Below are positions 1 through 14,654 of a stretch of DNA of 64,000 nucleotides, in pieces (within the stretch, counting starts at the first letter, position 1; each line of letters starts with the position of its first letter). The notes below the pieces were generated by a model that was not told the DNA's origin, searched no databases, and saw nothing but the letters and a program-made list of their open reading frames with translations. The stretch comes from Camelus dromedarius. Taxonomy: Eukaryota. Both the position numbers and the translations under genes were made by a program. The DNA lies in the NCBI RefSeq assembly GCF_036321535.1, contig NC_087472.1, positions 100,690,001-100,754,000 on the forward strand, in the 5' to 3' direction.

Positions 1-5
1 GTTAC

Positions 6-172
6 CTCATATTCATCATAAAATCTTCATGGTTGCCTCTGTTCAAGTGCAGGTCATTGGGGTAGACAAGAAAACTCACTAACAGGATCATTAGGACCTC
101 CATGGAATTTCTTCCTCGATCTACAAAATCACCATTAAAAACATATGGGTTGCTCACTGAGGGGAGACCATT
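6..172 (-). CDS. PPEF1: PPEF1 coding exon 7 (NGLPSVSNPYVFNGDFVDRG...LHLNRGNHEDFMMNM+2 nt)
   Basis: 167 nt; acceptor cttccacag|AAT, donor GAG|GTAAC; GDxVDRG and RGNHE motifs. Confidence 0.96.
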
Positions 173-1399
173 CTGTGGAAGGAAGCAGGAAAAAAACAAG
201 CAGTTAAAAGAATGTACTTTTAAAGAAAGGCTTTGTACTCAATATCCCTGTGGATATGGAGAAAAGAGGCCAAGTCAGTGCTGGGAAAAACCTGCTCACT
301 CACTCGAGTCAGTTTCACTCTTCCAGGGCAGGCATCCCCTGCAAGGGACTTTGAAAGTGAAGAATAAGCTTCAGACAGGAAGGTTCCAGGGAGACAAGGA
401 CTGGTCATTCTACACACCATCACCTATTACGAGTTTTCTCTGAAAGAAATGGATTATTTGTCCTATCAAAAATGGCTACTCTCATCTCCTCCTTGGGTAG
501 AAATTTCCCTCTTCTATCCAAGGAAGAGTACTGAACTAAGAGCCAAAAGTCTTTCTTTCTAAGGGACCCTATGTTTAACTTCTCTGGGCTGTCAGTCCCT
601 CAATTTGGAAAAAAAAGGGATAACACTATATTCTCCACACACACCCCAACTACAGATTAAGTGAGAGAATGAATATGAAAATACTCAGGAAAGTGTAAGG
701 TTCTGCCCAACTGTGAGGAGGGCTAATACACCATCAGTACACTCTGATACAATCATACCAGGTGTTGCCAGTGTATGTTTTGACTGCTCACTGACCAGGT
801 CATGTTAGTTGTTAAATATTTTGATTACCCCTCCTGAGTATGTGATAACACTTTTAACACAGTCTTTGCATGAAAAAGGACTGGGATCAGGACAAAGGTC
901 TGGTCTTTATAGCAGCTACTGATTCATTTACTTCTGTACTAATATACTCTAAGACAAAACACATGCCATGCCTGGTAGGGAAATGGTTGCGTGCATCTCT
1001 AGTGCATGGTAAGATAAATTCAAATGTTTAAAAAATATATTACAAGGAGAAAATTTTAAGTACTCATATATCCAAATATATATTCTCCTTCAAAAAAAGT
1101 TATCTTCAAGAAATAATTCACATATTCTAGTTATATTAATCTTTCAAACGATTTTCAAATTTCTTTTTTGTTAGATTTCAAATTATGTAAGAAAATCTTA
1201 TTACTTTATACTCACCACCAAGTATTTATATATATTTTAAACTGTTCATATCAATGTGATAGAAACAGTTGAAAAAATATAATACAGGTTACAGCATATA
1301 ACTTAGGGATTCCAGAAATCATTATGCAATAAAACATGTTCTGAAGGCAATTGGAAACAAACAAGCAAGCAAGCTGTGGTGTGGTATTCTGGGTAAGAA

Positions 1400-1610
1400 G
1401 GTTTATTCTCCAATCCAGCTCCACTATTACCCATGTGTCCTTGGACAAGTTATCTACTCTTTATGAACTGTAGTTTCCTCATCTGTTAAATGGGAATAAT
1501 AACATCCATCCTTATCACACAGAGCTACTTTGGAACTCAAATGAGACTGTGTGTATAAAATTGCATGAAAACCATACAGCACCATACAAATTAAGAGAAT
1601 AATTTTATTA
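1400..1610 (+). mobile_element. MIR SINE
   Basis: Core GGACAAGTTA..AGTTTCCTCATCTGTTAAATGGGAATAATAA. Confidence 0.7.
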
Positions 1611-3498
1611 TAACTTCCATGTTATTTCTAATTTTAAGATCTCATTATTTTACATTTTCTTATACATTAATTCACGTAACTTTATTCACACTGGGCTTAG
1701 ATAGTATGAGCCAGTTATAAAAGTATAGGCTACTGCTCATCAAAACTTAAAGAAAAGGGGAATGATTCTGCATCTCTAATACTCTTCTTTCCCCCAGACT
1801 TCAGCTGGCTGGAATGAGTAAGCTGGAGAAGTCTGAGGGGTGTTAGAGGCTATAGGTTCTACCAGGATGTCGAGGCCTAAAGGGGGCTTGAGCAGCAGCA
1901 GTGGAGAGCCCTGGGGTGAGAACATGGAAGAACTAGGCCCGAGGGGACATGTGGATCTCTTGGCTAAGGGGACACTCTCCCTCAGAGCATGTATGTGGTT
2001 CTGGTTGGGGGGAGAGGGATTTGGATCTTAATAGAAAAAGTACAGGAGTACTTCTTCTATATCTCTGAAGCTAAAAGAACCCCAGCACTTGCATTTAGGG
2101 ACACCTAGGAACATAGAGACGTCCTCTCACACTCTTGATGCAGGAGTAGAAAGTGTTGTGTCTCCAACTATGGAGAAGGTTAACCTAGCTTAAGCAGGAA
2201 AATTGAAAACAGAAGTAACCTAGTACTTAAGGGGATCCGGTAACCAGAGAGAGGCAGACCAATCAGATCTGCTAAAGTCCTGTCCCCTAGTGAGACAGGA
2301 CTGCTAGAAGAGACAGAAAACAACTTTTTTTTTTTAAATAAGAGTACTATGAAATAAATAATAAAAAGTTAATAATTCTGGGCACTAAAAACATGCTATT
2401 CAAATTTAAAATATCAATGGATTAGAGGTAACTAAAAGAAAGAATGGTTGAAAAATGCATTACTTACCTGAAAGAGTAAGCAGATGAAAAACCTCTTACA
2501 CAGAGCAAAAGGGAAAATGATGGAAATCATGAGGAATGAGTAAGAGATTAGAGTTCAGAGCCAAGAGAACTAACATGCCAATAATACGCATTCCAGAATC
2601 AGGAAAAAGAAACAGATGGAGAAGAGGCAATAATCACATAAATAAGAGAGGGAATTTTCTATGGTTAAAAAGAGACTTCAGCCTTAAGTTTGAAAGAGCT
2701 CATGACTCCTATGCTCAATGAACACGTATTGATTGCTTGTTATGTACTAAACACAGTTTTATGTGCTAGAAACACAGAAGTAAACAATATAAAGTCTCTG
2801 TGTTCAAGGAGCTTGCATTTAGAGACTATAGCACTCACATGGTCCCATAGAGGAAAATACTCAAGAAAATATTCTAACCAATAGCAGCAACAATAAAAAG
2901 TCCTTAAGCCAGGGAAAGACTATGAGGAAAGAATACAGATGTGAACAATGAACCCTGCAAAATATAATTAAATATAAATCAATAGCAATAACGTGGAAGT
3001 TGTGTTTAAGTACAAAGCAAAGGTTAAAGAAATAGAAGAGACATACTATGAAGGAAAACCCAATAATGGTCAAGAAATAAAAATATGGCATAACCAATAG
3101 CTAAGGATTTGCAGGGGGTGGGGTGAAGGGAGAAAAGTAAAATTCTCTATAAATCTCATCTGACAGGGCGATGTACATGGAAAATGTGAAAATAAATACA
3201 TCTATCTTACTGGAGGAGAGAAAGAATAATGGTGAAAGAATAAAGTTATAGCTACTTGATAAATATACACACATTATTTATTAGATATGTCAGAAATGGG
3301 AAGATAATGACTAGGGAATGGGAAAGCACAGTAAAAATGCCAAAGAAAACAGCAATTTAAAAAATTCATCAAAACAGCAAAAAGAAAGGGAAAAGGATGA
3401 AACAGTGAAATAAATACTAAACATAGTAGAATAGAAGTACGTTTTTCAAAAACATCTGTTGTTACACTAAATATAAGTGGGTTAAATTCTCCCATTAA

Positions 3499-4619
3499 GG
3501 GACCTAATCAAACTTTCAAGCTTTTGCACAGCAAAGGAAACTATACACAAAATGAAAAGACAACCTACAGACTAGGAGAAAATATTTGCAATGTGACCAA
3601 CAAGGGCTTAATTCCCAAAATATATAAACAGCTCATCCAACTCAATAACAATAACAGAAAAAAAAAATCCAGTAAAAAAAAAAATGGGGGAAGACCTAAA
3701 CAGACATCTCTTTAGAGAAGACATACAGATGGCCAACAGGCACATGAAAAGATGCTCAATAACGCTAATTATTAGAGAAATGCAAATCAAAACTACAATG
3801 AGATATCACCTCACATGGTCAGAATGGCCATCATCAAAAAGTCTACAAATAATAAATGCTGGAGAGGGTTTGGAGAAAAGGGGACCCTCCCACACTGCTG
3901 GTAGGAATGTAAATTGGTGCAGCCACTATGGAGAATACTATGGAGTTTCCTTAAAAAACTAAAAATAGAGTTGCCATATGATTCAGCAATCCCACTCCTG
4001 GGCATGTATCTGGAGAAAACTCTAATTTGAAAAGATACATGTACCCCAATGTTCATAGCAGCACTATTTACAATATCCAAGACATAGAAACAACTTAAAT
4101 GTCCATCAACAGATGAATGGATAAAGATGTGTTTTATATATATACAGTGGAGTACTACTCAGCCATAAAAAAGAATGAAATAATGCCATTTACAGCAACA
4201 TGAAGTGGATCCAGAGACTATCATACTAAGTGAATAAAGTAAGTCAGACAAAGACAAATATTATATGATACCACTTATACATGGAATGTAAAAAATAACA
4301 CAAATGAACTTTTTTACAAAACAGAAACAGACTCACAGACATAGAAAACAAACCAAAGGGGAAAGGGGGTGGGGAAGGGATAAATTAGGAGTTTGGGATT
4401 AGCAGATACAAACTACTACATATAAAATAGATTAAAAAAATAAGGTCCTAATGTATAAGCACAGGGAAGTATATTCGATATCCTATAATAAACCATAATG
4501 GAAAAGAATATGAAAAAGAATATACACATATATATAATATTACTGAATCACTTTGCTGTACACCAGAAACTAACAGAACGTTGTAAATCAACTATACTTC
4601 AATATAAAATAAAAAATTA
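3499..4619 (+). mobile_element. 5'-truncated L1 (ORF2 C-terminus + 3' UTR), relatively young
   Basis: [29 protein letters not shown]-rich tail, perfect 15-bp TSD AAATTCTCCCATTAA (3484-3498, 4620-4634). Confidence 0.92.
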
Positions 4620-4989
4620 AAATTCTCCCATTAAAAAACCAAGATTACCAGGCTACATTAAAAACACAAAACTCAGGTATGTATAGTTTGTTAGGAATAC
4701 ACATGAAAAATATAGATAAAGGGAGGTTGAAAATAAGGTAAATGCAACAAAGAAAAAGCACAAAAATGCAAATATTAATATTAGACAACATGGAATTTAA
4801 TATTAAAAGTGCTGTTTTAATATTAAAACAGGATCATAAAGAAACATATCATAACAGGCACTTTATGAAGAAGATACAATTCATGAACTTGCATTCAATA
4901 AACAAAAGAACAAGTCTTTGCTTCATATATTTACTATAATTGCAAAAAGAAATTTTTTAAAATACATAGTACATTAAATTCAGATTAAA

Positions 4990-5545
4990 TTATTGCTTTA
5001 AAATAATGTCCACAAATTCTTTGACATTCCCTTTAAAAGGTGAAGCCTAATTTGCCATCCCTTGAATGTGGGCTAGACTTAGTGATTTGCTTCCAAGGAA
5101 GGAATAAGGAAAAAATGCAGAAGTGATGATGTGCAACTTTGGAGACTAAGTCATAAAAGATACTGCAGCTTCCTATCTGCTCTCTTTCTTGGATCACTCA
5201 CTCTGGGGAAAGCTAGCTGCTATGTTATGAGAACATTCAGGTACTCTGTGGAGAGGCCCATGTGGGTGTTTCGCCAATAGCCAGCAAGGAACTGAAATGC
5301 TGTGCCTGCACGCATGTGAGCCAGCAATCTTGGAAATGGGTCTGTTAGCCCCAGTCAACCTTTCAGATGAATGAAGCCCTGACCAATAACTTGACCGACA
5401 ACTTGTGAGAAAGCTTAAGCCAAAACCACCCAGGTAAGCTGCACTCAAATTTCTGACCCACAGAAACCATGAGATATTAAATGTTAACAGTTTTAAGCCC
5501 CTAAGTATTAGGGTAATTTGTTACACAGCAATATATAATACACAT
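4990..5545 (+). mobile_element. MaLR LTR (MLT1-type)
   Basis: CCACAAATTCTTTGACA start and TTTAAGCC..GGGTAATTTGTTACACAGCAATA end, typical of MLT1. Confidence 0.75.
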
Positions 5546-5579
5546 ATTTAGAAAGATATAGATGGAAAAAGTGAACATA

Positions 5580-5771
5580 CAGTTTACCCTTGAACAATAA
5601 GGGTTTGAACTGCAAGGGTCCACTTATATGCAGATACTTTTCAATAGTAAATACTACAGTACTGTATGGTCTATGGTTGGTTAAATCTGCAGATGCAGAG
5701 GAACCGTGGATAAGGAGGTCCAACTATAAGTTATATGTGGATTAACTCTTGCATTTTTCAAGGGTCAACTG
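5580..5771. mobile_element. Tigger-family MITE (MER8/Tigger2-like)
   Basis: Terminal inverted repeats CAGTT(T/G)ACCCTTGAA flanked by TA on both sides. Confidence 0.85.
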
Positions 5772-6430
5772 TATAACTAATAAACTTAATTTAACAGATA
5801 CATGAAGAACTTTGCATCCTATGAACAGAGAATATAATTAATTTTTCATGTGTCCATGGAGGCTTCATGAGAATCATATACTTGATTTCAAAGAAATCCT
5901 TAACAAATTCAAAATAAGAAACATTTCATTGGACACATTCTCATATCATAATCCAATAAAATTTGAAGTAAATAAAAATATGATTCAAAAATGCTAGCTT
6001 CCTAAATTAAGATCCTTGGAAATTAAAAATTGTACTCTTAATAATCATTGGATTCAAGAGGAAATTAATGGCAATATTATAAGTTCAATAGAAGGCTCAA
6101 TTAAAACTAAAATTAGAAAGATGTGTAGCCTTACATGCCTTCATTATTAAAGAAGATGTACATGAAAGACTGTATTCATCTTAAGACATTAGAAAAAGAA
6201 CAATAAAATCAATCAAATAAAGATAAAAGCTGCAATTAATGAAATGGAAAACAAAAATTGAAAGATAAGTAATCCAAAGAGTGATTCCTTGAAAGAACCA
6301 AGAAAATTGATAAAATCGGTGGTAAAACTCATCATGAGCCTGATTGAGGATAAGTGAAAAAAGAGAATGAAAAAAAAAGTAAAATTAAAGATTAGAAAAA
6401 AGATATAAAGATATAGAGAAGTAAATTTTA

Positions 6431-6606
6431 TTTTATTTTATTTTTTTAATTTTATTTCTTTGTTGCTCTATTATTTAATTATTTTATTTTGGTGGGGGTA
6501 GGGGAAGGTAAATAGATTAATTTATTCTTAGAGGTACTGGGGATTGAACCCAGGACCTGGGGCATGCTAAGCATGCGCTGTACCATTTGAGCTATCCCCT
6601 CCCCTC
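6431..6606 (-). mobile_element. tRNA-derived SINE (camelid Vic-1-like)
   Basis: Reverse complement has A-box TAGCTCAAATGG, B-box GGTTCAATCCC and an A-rich tail; perfect 17-bp TSD TAGAGAAGTAAATTTTA (6414-6430, 6607-6623). Confidence 0.88.
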
Positions 6607-9600
6607 TAGAGAAGTAAATTTTAAAATTTTATATATATAGAATAGAATATTGGCATCTGTTGCAACGTACTGTAACAATCTAAAGAAATGGAGGATTTCC
6701 TTGAAAATCAGAAGCTACCAAATCTGATTCAAAAGAAGTAGAAAAGTTAAAAAGTGCATTGGCTGCATGTGGCTTTAGAGCAGAGCTCAATTTTTAAGAG
6801 CAAATAGCTTTAATGTTATTTAAAACAATGATCCACATCCTTGGCTGCACATTAGAATCACCTGAGGTGCTTTTAAAAGTCTCCAGGTGTCCATCAGAAT
6901 CTCTGGGAGTGAGACTCAGGTATCAGTAGTTTTTTCTTTTTTTTCCCATTTCCTTGGGTGATTATAATGTATGGCCAGGATTAAGAACAAGGGATTTAAG
7001 TTCCAAACCACAGAAAAAGATGTAATTCTCTCCAATTTATTTCATAAAATCAGTATAACCTTAATGTCAAAATTTGAGAAAAGATGTAAACATGTTTTCC
7101 ACTGGGATGACCAATTTTCTGGTAGTAGAACTTCTCATCTGTAGTTAAATCAAACTTTATTTATAGGTATTTCATCTCTACTATGAGCAATGAATAATGA
7201 ATTTCTTTAGTCAAACCTAATTTTAAGCCAAAATAGTAATGGTCAGCCAAGCCATTTACCTTCTGTAGCACACTTGACATCCAGTAAGTTTTAACCTTCT
7301 CAAAAAATCACATATCTTCAAAAGATTAAGATTTTGTGATAATGAAGCTAATTCAATAGAAAATGTCACTGTCTCTGAAAGTGATTCTAAAAGGAATCCT
7401 AAATATATGCTGAACTCCTGTAAGTGTTGAGCCTCTCAAGGCAACCACTTCAAAGAAGGCAAGACTTATTTGGATATGTAAGATCTACCCTGTTGGTCCA
7501 GGATTAGTTGTATTACTTTATATAGTCTGAGTTCAGATATATTTTAGTCTTAGAATAATAAGAGAACTGGAAAACAGATAAGCAGATGAGGAGCTAAGTC
7601 TCCGGGGACATGGGTTTCTCAGTTATTTAGGCTTCTGGCTACTGAGATTTCTCTGCCTTTCCTTCAAAGAAGCAAAAACTGCTGCTGAATGAACCCATCC
7701 TTCACTCAGTTCCAGTAAACCAAACTCTGGCTTATTCTGCAGCTGATAGACAATAAGCCATCTATAACATGGAGATCCAATTGACAAACACAGAAAACCC
7801 AGGATAACTACAACTCTGAACAGCATTAGATGACGCGCAGGGGCAAAAACAGCAGACCAAAATGAACCAACTTGAATAGAGACAAAGAGACCTATTTCCC
7901 ACTGAAGTATTTTACATAAGACATCCAGAAGCTACCACAATTTGGGGGACATTTTTCCCAAGGCACATCAAACAATAACCTCAATTTCATATTATTTTTA
8001 TTTCTTTTGTAAACTCGGTTTTAGAGATCTGCTCTGATTGCAACACATTGCCTTAATCTCAAAAGGTAAAGAACTGACTACTGTGGCAGTGGGAAGCCTA
8101 ACAGTGACAGAGAAAAAAGAAAATATTTAATGACCTTCACAGCTGGAAATTTTGGGCATGGGAGGGTGGAGGATTGTGGGGAAGAAAGAAAGAAAAGGAA
8201 AACAAGGCCTTGCGGTGTCCATGGACAGCATCAGTATGACACCTACAGAGTTGAGAGTTAATTAGCTTCTCTGTCTATGTGCATCTCTTTTTCAACTGCA
8301 TGAAGTCTCCACACATAGCATCAATTTAACAAACTAACTTGCCAATACTTGGTCTAAAATTTCAAGCTTTCTATTCAATGAGGAAAAGTGTCTTGTAATT
8401 TTAGCAAGGCTAAGGCTCTGAATGAAGTATTACAAATTGGTCACTCTAATTAAGCAAAAGCAGCTGATTAAAATTAACCTTTTCAGAAAATAAAGTCTAA
8501 AAATACGGCCTAATTAATGCCATGTAAATCGCATCCCTTGATGATATTTGAAGCCATATAAAGTTGAGATGCCCTTTTAGCAAAGGTGTGTCATGGTTAA
8601 TAGTGTAGCACCCAGAGGAAAGAATTCTTTTCACACCCAGATAGGATTGTGAGTGGAAACTGATAGCTTAGTTTTAAGGTGCTAAATGGTAAAATTTTAA
8701 ATGACAACCAAATATTAAAGAAACCAAAAATGTCAAAACAATCAAAAACAAGCATTGGTACAGACCCCATCATTTATCGCAGAGCACCACAGACAGTGTG
8801 TGAGAATAAAATCTTTTCTGATCCTCCAAAACTTTCTTCATGATTTAGGCACTTACTAAATCACTAAAATTCTTTGAAGGGATTGTCTTAAATGTCACCT
8901 CCTCCAGGAAGTCTCCCACAACTTAGGTGCCTCTCCAATGTGCTGCCTTGGAACCTCGCTTATCCCAATTATAACATGTCACTCACTCTGAACTGTCGTC
9001 TTTTTATTAGTTGACCTACCCTACTAAACTGTGATGTCTTTGGGGCTAAAAACTGCATCTTAGTCACACTATATCACCAACCCTTAGCAGAATACCTACC
9101 TCATTCATACTAGGTATTTAATAAATATATGTGAAATGAATTAACATATTCATCTTTGTTTCTTCCCACCGTTTTCATATAGTGCCTTGAACACTGCAGG
9201 GACTAGATAAAAGTTTATTGAACGAATAAATTAGTGGACAGATGCACTTTTGTATATGATCAGTTGTAACAATAGGAGTCTTAAACCAAACCAGGTACTT
9301 GGATGAAAAGAATAATATAGCAAGGCATCTCAGGGACCCTATATTATAACTCTCCCTCTCAGGCTATGCCCTCGGTTGGCCTTGGGCCAGCCCCAGCCCT
9401 GCAGCCTACTAACTCTATACTATAAAAATAAACTGATGAGGAAGAAATTGTCTAGCAAAACAGCAACTGAAAGATCAGTTACAATTTTGCCTTAATTCGA
9501 AGCCTGAGGCTTTTCTGATTTCTCTTTTGGGTTGATGGAGAGGAATCAGTTAGTCAGAGCATAATATAAGCTTTGGTCATTTACAGCTCCAAAAACTTCC

Positions 9601-12600
9601 AACAGGATGTAGTTTGCCAAACTATTCCCCACAATTCAACTTCAATTAGAACTTAAATAAAATAACTTTAATAACAAAATAATAAAGAAAACAAAGATAA
9701 GTTGATAATTTTAATAAATGAAGTAATAATAAGTTAAATAAAGATGAGTTAAAGCATGGCCACTAGCTGCTTTTAAACAGAAGATAGTGAGCCCACGACT
9801 TAACAATAAAGTGGCTCAATCCTGTGGGCTCCCATGAATGAATCAGAGGAAGGTGCCACACGCAGGGCATTATATGTAATTGGGATTTAACACCTTGTTG
9901 ACATACTGAGTATCACAGTGAGAATCAGCCACCATCGCAGAAACTACCATTTCCTGAAGCAATCAAGTGACTGCTTAGGTCACAGTGAGCACCTGCTGTA
10001 ATCCCTATGCAGGCAAGATTTATATCTGATGCCACAAGAGAAACCAAACCACCTCTCTCCTCATTTTTAAGATGTTCTTCCTTTCCTCCTCATCTGCTTT
10101 CCTGGGCCATTACTCTTCTCTCAACTAATTTTGTTTCTTTCTTTTTTTTTATGCTCTCTCATCCTCTGTACCTAAGACCCAACAATGATACTCACTCATA
10201 CTGTAGCACTGCTGAAATGAATTTTCCAGATCATTGAAGCTCATTCCTTTAAATGCTAAAATATGTTTTAAAATTACCTTAACCATTTTGGCTAGGAGTT
10301 TTGAAAATGTGCCATTTGTTCTCTTTAATTCTTAACAGAGTGTACAGTGTAGAATTGGAAACTTTCTCGACCATGCAGGCCCATCAGTCTAAGCACCCCG
10401 CCAGGCACATCTGGGAAGTACAGAACTCTCTTCCCTAGACACACAGCCCCGTATCACTGAATATTACTGCTTCATTTCTATCTCATTTTTATAGTTTTAG
10501 ATATCCTCTTATTGTCAGAAGGAGCTTTATTTTTCATTGCTCTCATTATATCTCACTTTTGCCTTTCCCCTCTCAGTCCCTAATCTGTAGCCAGGTGGGT
10601 AGCCAGACAGGCAAATTTGTAGAAACAATGAGTCAGATAAGGTTTTACTGATATATGTTCACTGGTCGTTGAGTAAGGGCCTAGGGCCTGTCCTGTGAGT
10701 AAAGTTCATTGGATTTCTGATAGTGATTTCAGGGGTTCAGAGACCCTTTTTACTCAATTCTGGGTTTGGGAATGCAGGAATGATAAGTGAAGTAAAGTAG
10801 AAAAGAGTTTGTCCTCTGGTGGACATATCACTGTCATATGTATTCATGTAGAAACTTTGTTTCCAGAGCAGTTTGTGTCCATAGTTTTAGGCCACACTCT
10901 ACTTGTGCGATCTATCATCATTCCTCATTTAAACTTCGGATAAAAAATGAGACAGAAAAAGGCAAAATGCTGACTGTCGCAAGTTAGAGATCACTATACA
11001 GCATAGCTCCCTGAGACAGCACTGTGTCCAGCCCTTTCCTTTCTGGGACACTCATTGCCCATAAGCTAAGTGATTCACTATCAGCGCAAGCGCACTCGGT
11101 CACTCTCCCTTCTCAGATACCATGAGTTACACCATCTTTTCAGTTTCTTCAAGTGAAAGCTTGCTATCATCAGTGGCTCTTCCCTCAATTTCCTCTTTTA
11201 AACCAGGCAATTTCAGGATTCTGGTGCATGTGGTTTATTCCACATCCAAGGTGCATTTTACCTGCTTCTCATTCAAGCCTGTTAAAATTCGAGTTCATGA
11301 CTCTTGCAGATTTCTCCTTTCCGATCATCCCTCTCACCTCCCTCTACCCAAATTCACCCCAAATAGCAGCGCCTTACTCCTCCATCGCTGGGCTCTCACT
11401 CTCCACTTCCTGAACACCATCCTTGGTTAACTCTCAGAATATTTCTTGCTTTCATGTGAATGCTATATTTTCACCTTTAGTCCTTTTTATAGTACTTCTT
11501 ACCACCCACCTCCTCCTGTTCAATCTTTACATTAGCACCTTCCGGTTTTATATATTCCATATAGTTTTGCCAATGGAATTAAAGAAACATTCTCTTCGCA
11601 TCTGTCTATTCCAGAGTCCTTTGCCTAATCATACCTTAATATCTTCAACCACCTCTTGAGAAATTTTCTTTTCTAATTGCCTAGGAAGTCACTTTTCCCA
11701 TTTAATTTACTCAACTATTTTCCCTTTTATATATTTCCCAAAACCTCCAGAGAAATAACTACCAGATTTTCTGTCGTGGTTATTTCCCACATACCTCTGC
11801 CTCTTCCACCCTCTTCAGATTATAATTGCCAAGAACAGCAGGACTGAACTTCTGTACATTTATATGGTACTAAGTAGAGAAAAACAAATCCTATTCCTCA
11901 AACTGCGTAAACAAACTCTCTTCTGCCTTCAACTCATTCAGAAAGACTTTCCTCTGGAAATCTGGGCCTCCCTTAGGGACAGTGCTGGACTTCTGACTCC
12001 CAAAGCCCTCTGGAAGGAAAGGACCCATTCTTCCATAGCATGGAGACCTCCAGGTGAGGAGTTGGTGAGGGGCCACTGGCTCCTCAGAGCCACTAACAGG
12101 CCAATGCTTTGCCAGCCTCAGGTAAAAGCCTCTCCTCGTTCCAAGCCCATGAGTTTTGCCTAAACTTCCTTACCCTGCTCCTCATCTCTCACTGCTGTGG
12201 CCAACTCACTTAACACAGCTGCTTTCCCCACGCTTGACCTCTTCATCTCCAATACTCTTTCACTCACTTGAGCACCCACATTTTTGTTTCCACATTAGAC
12301 CTACCATCCCTTAGGAGTACTCCCCTTGCAACTTCCCACCCATCTGCTTCCTGGGTCTTTATCCCAGTCAGCCTGCTCCCTGACCTTAGAAAGCATGCCA
12401 ATCCTTCATTCCTCCCAGTTCTCCCAGTTGGTTGGCCATCCTGGCCTCTCTTCCTTCCCTGCTCAGACTGGATTCTGTGACTGATCTCCAGAATTGCTCA
12501 TTTAACAGCACCCTTAGTTCCCTGCCAGGAAACCTTTGGCTGGACTTCCTGATACCAACCCACTACCTAGATGGCCTCCTATTTCCTCTGACCCCACTCT

Positions 12601-12850
12601 CTGGCTATTAGGCTCTAGATCCTTGCTTAGGCCTCCTGTAGTCAACTGAATCTCTTCCTAAGAGCCAGCTCCATTCACTGACTCCTGGTTTGGCCTGCTC
12701 CATTCCCTTCCAAGCTTCCATTCTCAATGAATAAAATGAAAACCTTGCATGTCTACTATAATTTAATACTTTAAAAATGCTTTTGGATATTTATATTATT
12801 TAATTCACAAGGCAACCTCTTATGAAGTAGAAGCTCAAGAATATTACAGC

Positions 12851-13307
12851 TAAAGAAGACCTAAATAGGTATTTCTCCAAAGAAGACATACAGATGGCCA
12901 ATAGGCACACGAAAAAATGTTCAACATTGTTAATTATTAGAAAAATGCAAATCAAAACTACAATGAGGTGTCAGTCACCACACACCAGTCACAATGGCCT
13001 TCATCAAAAAGCCTACAAATAATAAATGCTGGAGAAGGTGTGAAGAAAAGGGAACCCTCCTACACTGTTGGTGGGAAAGTAAACTAGTGCAGCTACTATG
13101 GAAAACAGTATGGAGGTTCCTTAAAAAATTAAATAGACTTATCATATGATTCAGCAATCCCACTCCTGGGCATATATCTGGAAAAGAGGAAAACTCTAAT
13201 TTGAAAAGATACATGTACCCCAATGTTTATAGCATAACTATTTACAATAGGCAAGACATGGAAGCAACCTAAATGTCCATCAACAGATGAATGGATAAGA
13301 AAGTGTG

Positions 13308-13351
<44 letters not shown>

Positions 13352-13788
13352 ATATTACTCAGCCATAAAAAAGAATGAAATAGTGCCATTTGCAGCAACG
13401 TGGATGGAACTACAGATTATCATACTAAGTGAATGAAGTAAGTCAGAGAAAGACAAATACTATATGATATCACTTATATGTAGAATCTAAAAAATGTTAC
13501 AAATGAACTTATTTACAAAACAGAAACAGACTCATAGACATAGAAAACAAAATTATGGTTACCAAAGGGGAAAGGGGGTGAGGGGAGGGATAAATTAGGA
13601 GTATAGGATTAACAGGTACACACTACTACATATAAAACAGAAAAACAAAAAGGATTTACTGTATAGCACAAGGAACTATATTCAATATCTTGTAATAACC
13701 TGTAATATATCCAAATTGCTTTGATGTGTCCCTGAAACTAACACAATATTGTAAATCAACCATATTTCAATAAAAAATTTTTTTAAAA
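12851..13788 (+). mobile_element. 5'-truncated L1 (ORF2 end + 3' UTR)
   Basis: Closely similar to 3499-4619; 14-bp TSD AAGAATATTACAGC/AAGAATACTGCAGC. Confidence 0.9.
13312..13349. repeat. (AC)19 microsatellite
   Basis: Read directly. Confidence 0.95.
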
Positions 13789-14654
13789 AAGAATACTGCA
13801 GCCAAAAAAAAAATCATGGGTCATGGAGGTTATGTGGCTTACTCAAGCTCTCACAGTCCCCAAAGAGTAGAATTGATTGCCCATCATAATAATCAGAATA
13901 TGTTTTCTTTCAGGCCATCTGAGACGCTTAAGCTGTGCCCAATTATTCACCATGCTGGTTATGGGGATGACGTATCAATCAAAGAGATATAAAGAGGTAC
14001 CACTATGAAGGCAGGAATCACCTCAGGATCAATTTTCTACATGAAATAGTCCCAGAAACAGATATTCGGGTTGCAACTGCTTATTGAGAGAGAGAAATGA
14101 ATCCAATCAAAGAGATGCAGAGAAACTCCATGTTGGCCAAGCTGCTTTGTGCCCTCTGTGCGGGCTCCCACAAAAGAAAGCCAACAGGCGAAGAGGAGTC
14201 ACAGCACTGGAACAGCAACTAGCTTGGTAATAGAGAGTCAGAGTGGAGAAGAGAGCAGTTGAGCACTTACTACGGGGGACTCCTTTCATGCCTAATTAGT
14301 GTACATTGGAGAAGATTGCTGTGGCATGCTCACTTCTGAACAAAAGAATAATAAAACAGACAGCTCCCCCTCCCTATCTTGTGCCATCTAGACATTTATG
14401 ATGTAATACAAAACATAAATACAATCAGGTACAAATCTTAATGGATATACAGATAACAATAATATTGAACAAAGACCCAAATTAAATTTTTAAAAATTTT
14501 TTGTGAAACAAAACAAATCTTTCAACTTCTGGGATAAAAACTGGCCTATTACATCTGTATTTGTACAAATCCCTAATAAAACTAATATTGTTATCTGCCC
14601 TAGGACTGCCTTCCCCTAACAAAAATGCAAATATTTAGCAAAATAATCATTTAC

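Larger units (their letters stand above)
2430..7080 (+). mobile_element. Old fragmented L1 (ORF1/ORF2 relics) hosting younger insertions
   Basis: Degenerate L1-like A-rich sequence interrupted by a younger L1, MLT1, Tigger MITE, SINE and MER5; boundaries approximate. Confidence 0.6.

Noticed and set aside
4796..4828. 13-bp perfect inverted repeat TTTAATATTAAAA around a 6-nt loop
   Set aside because: Low-complexity AT sequence inside an old L1; expected by chance.
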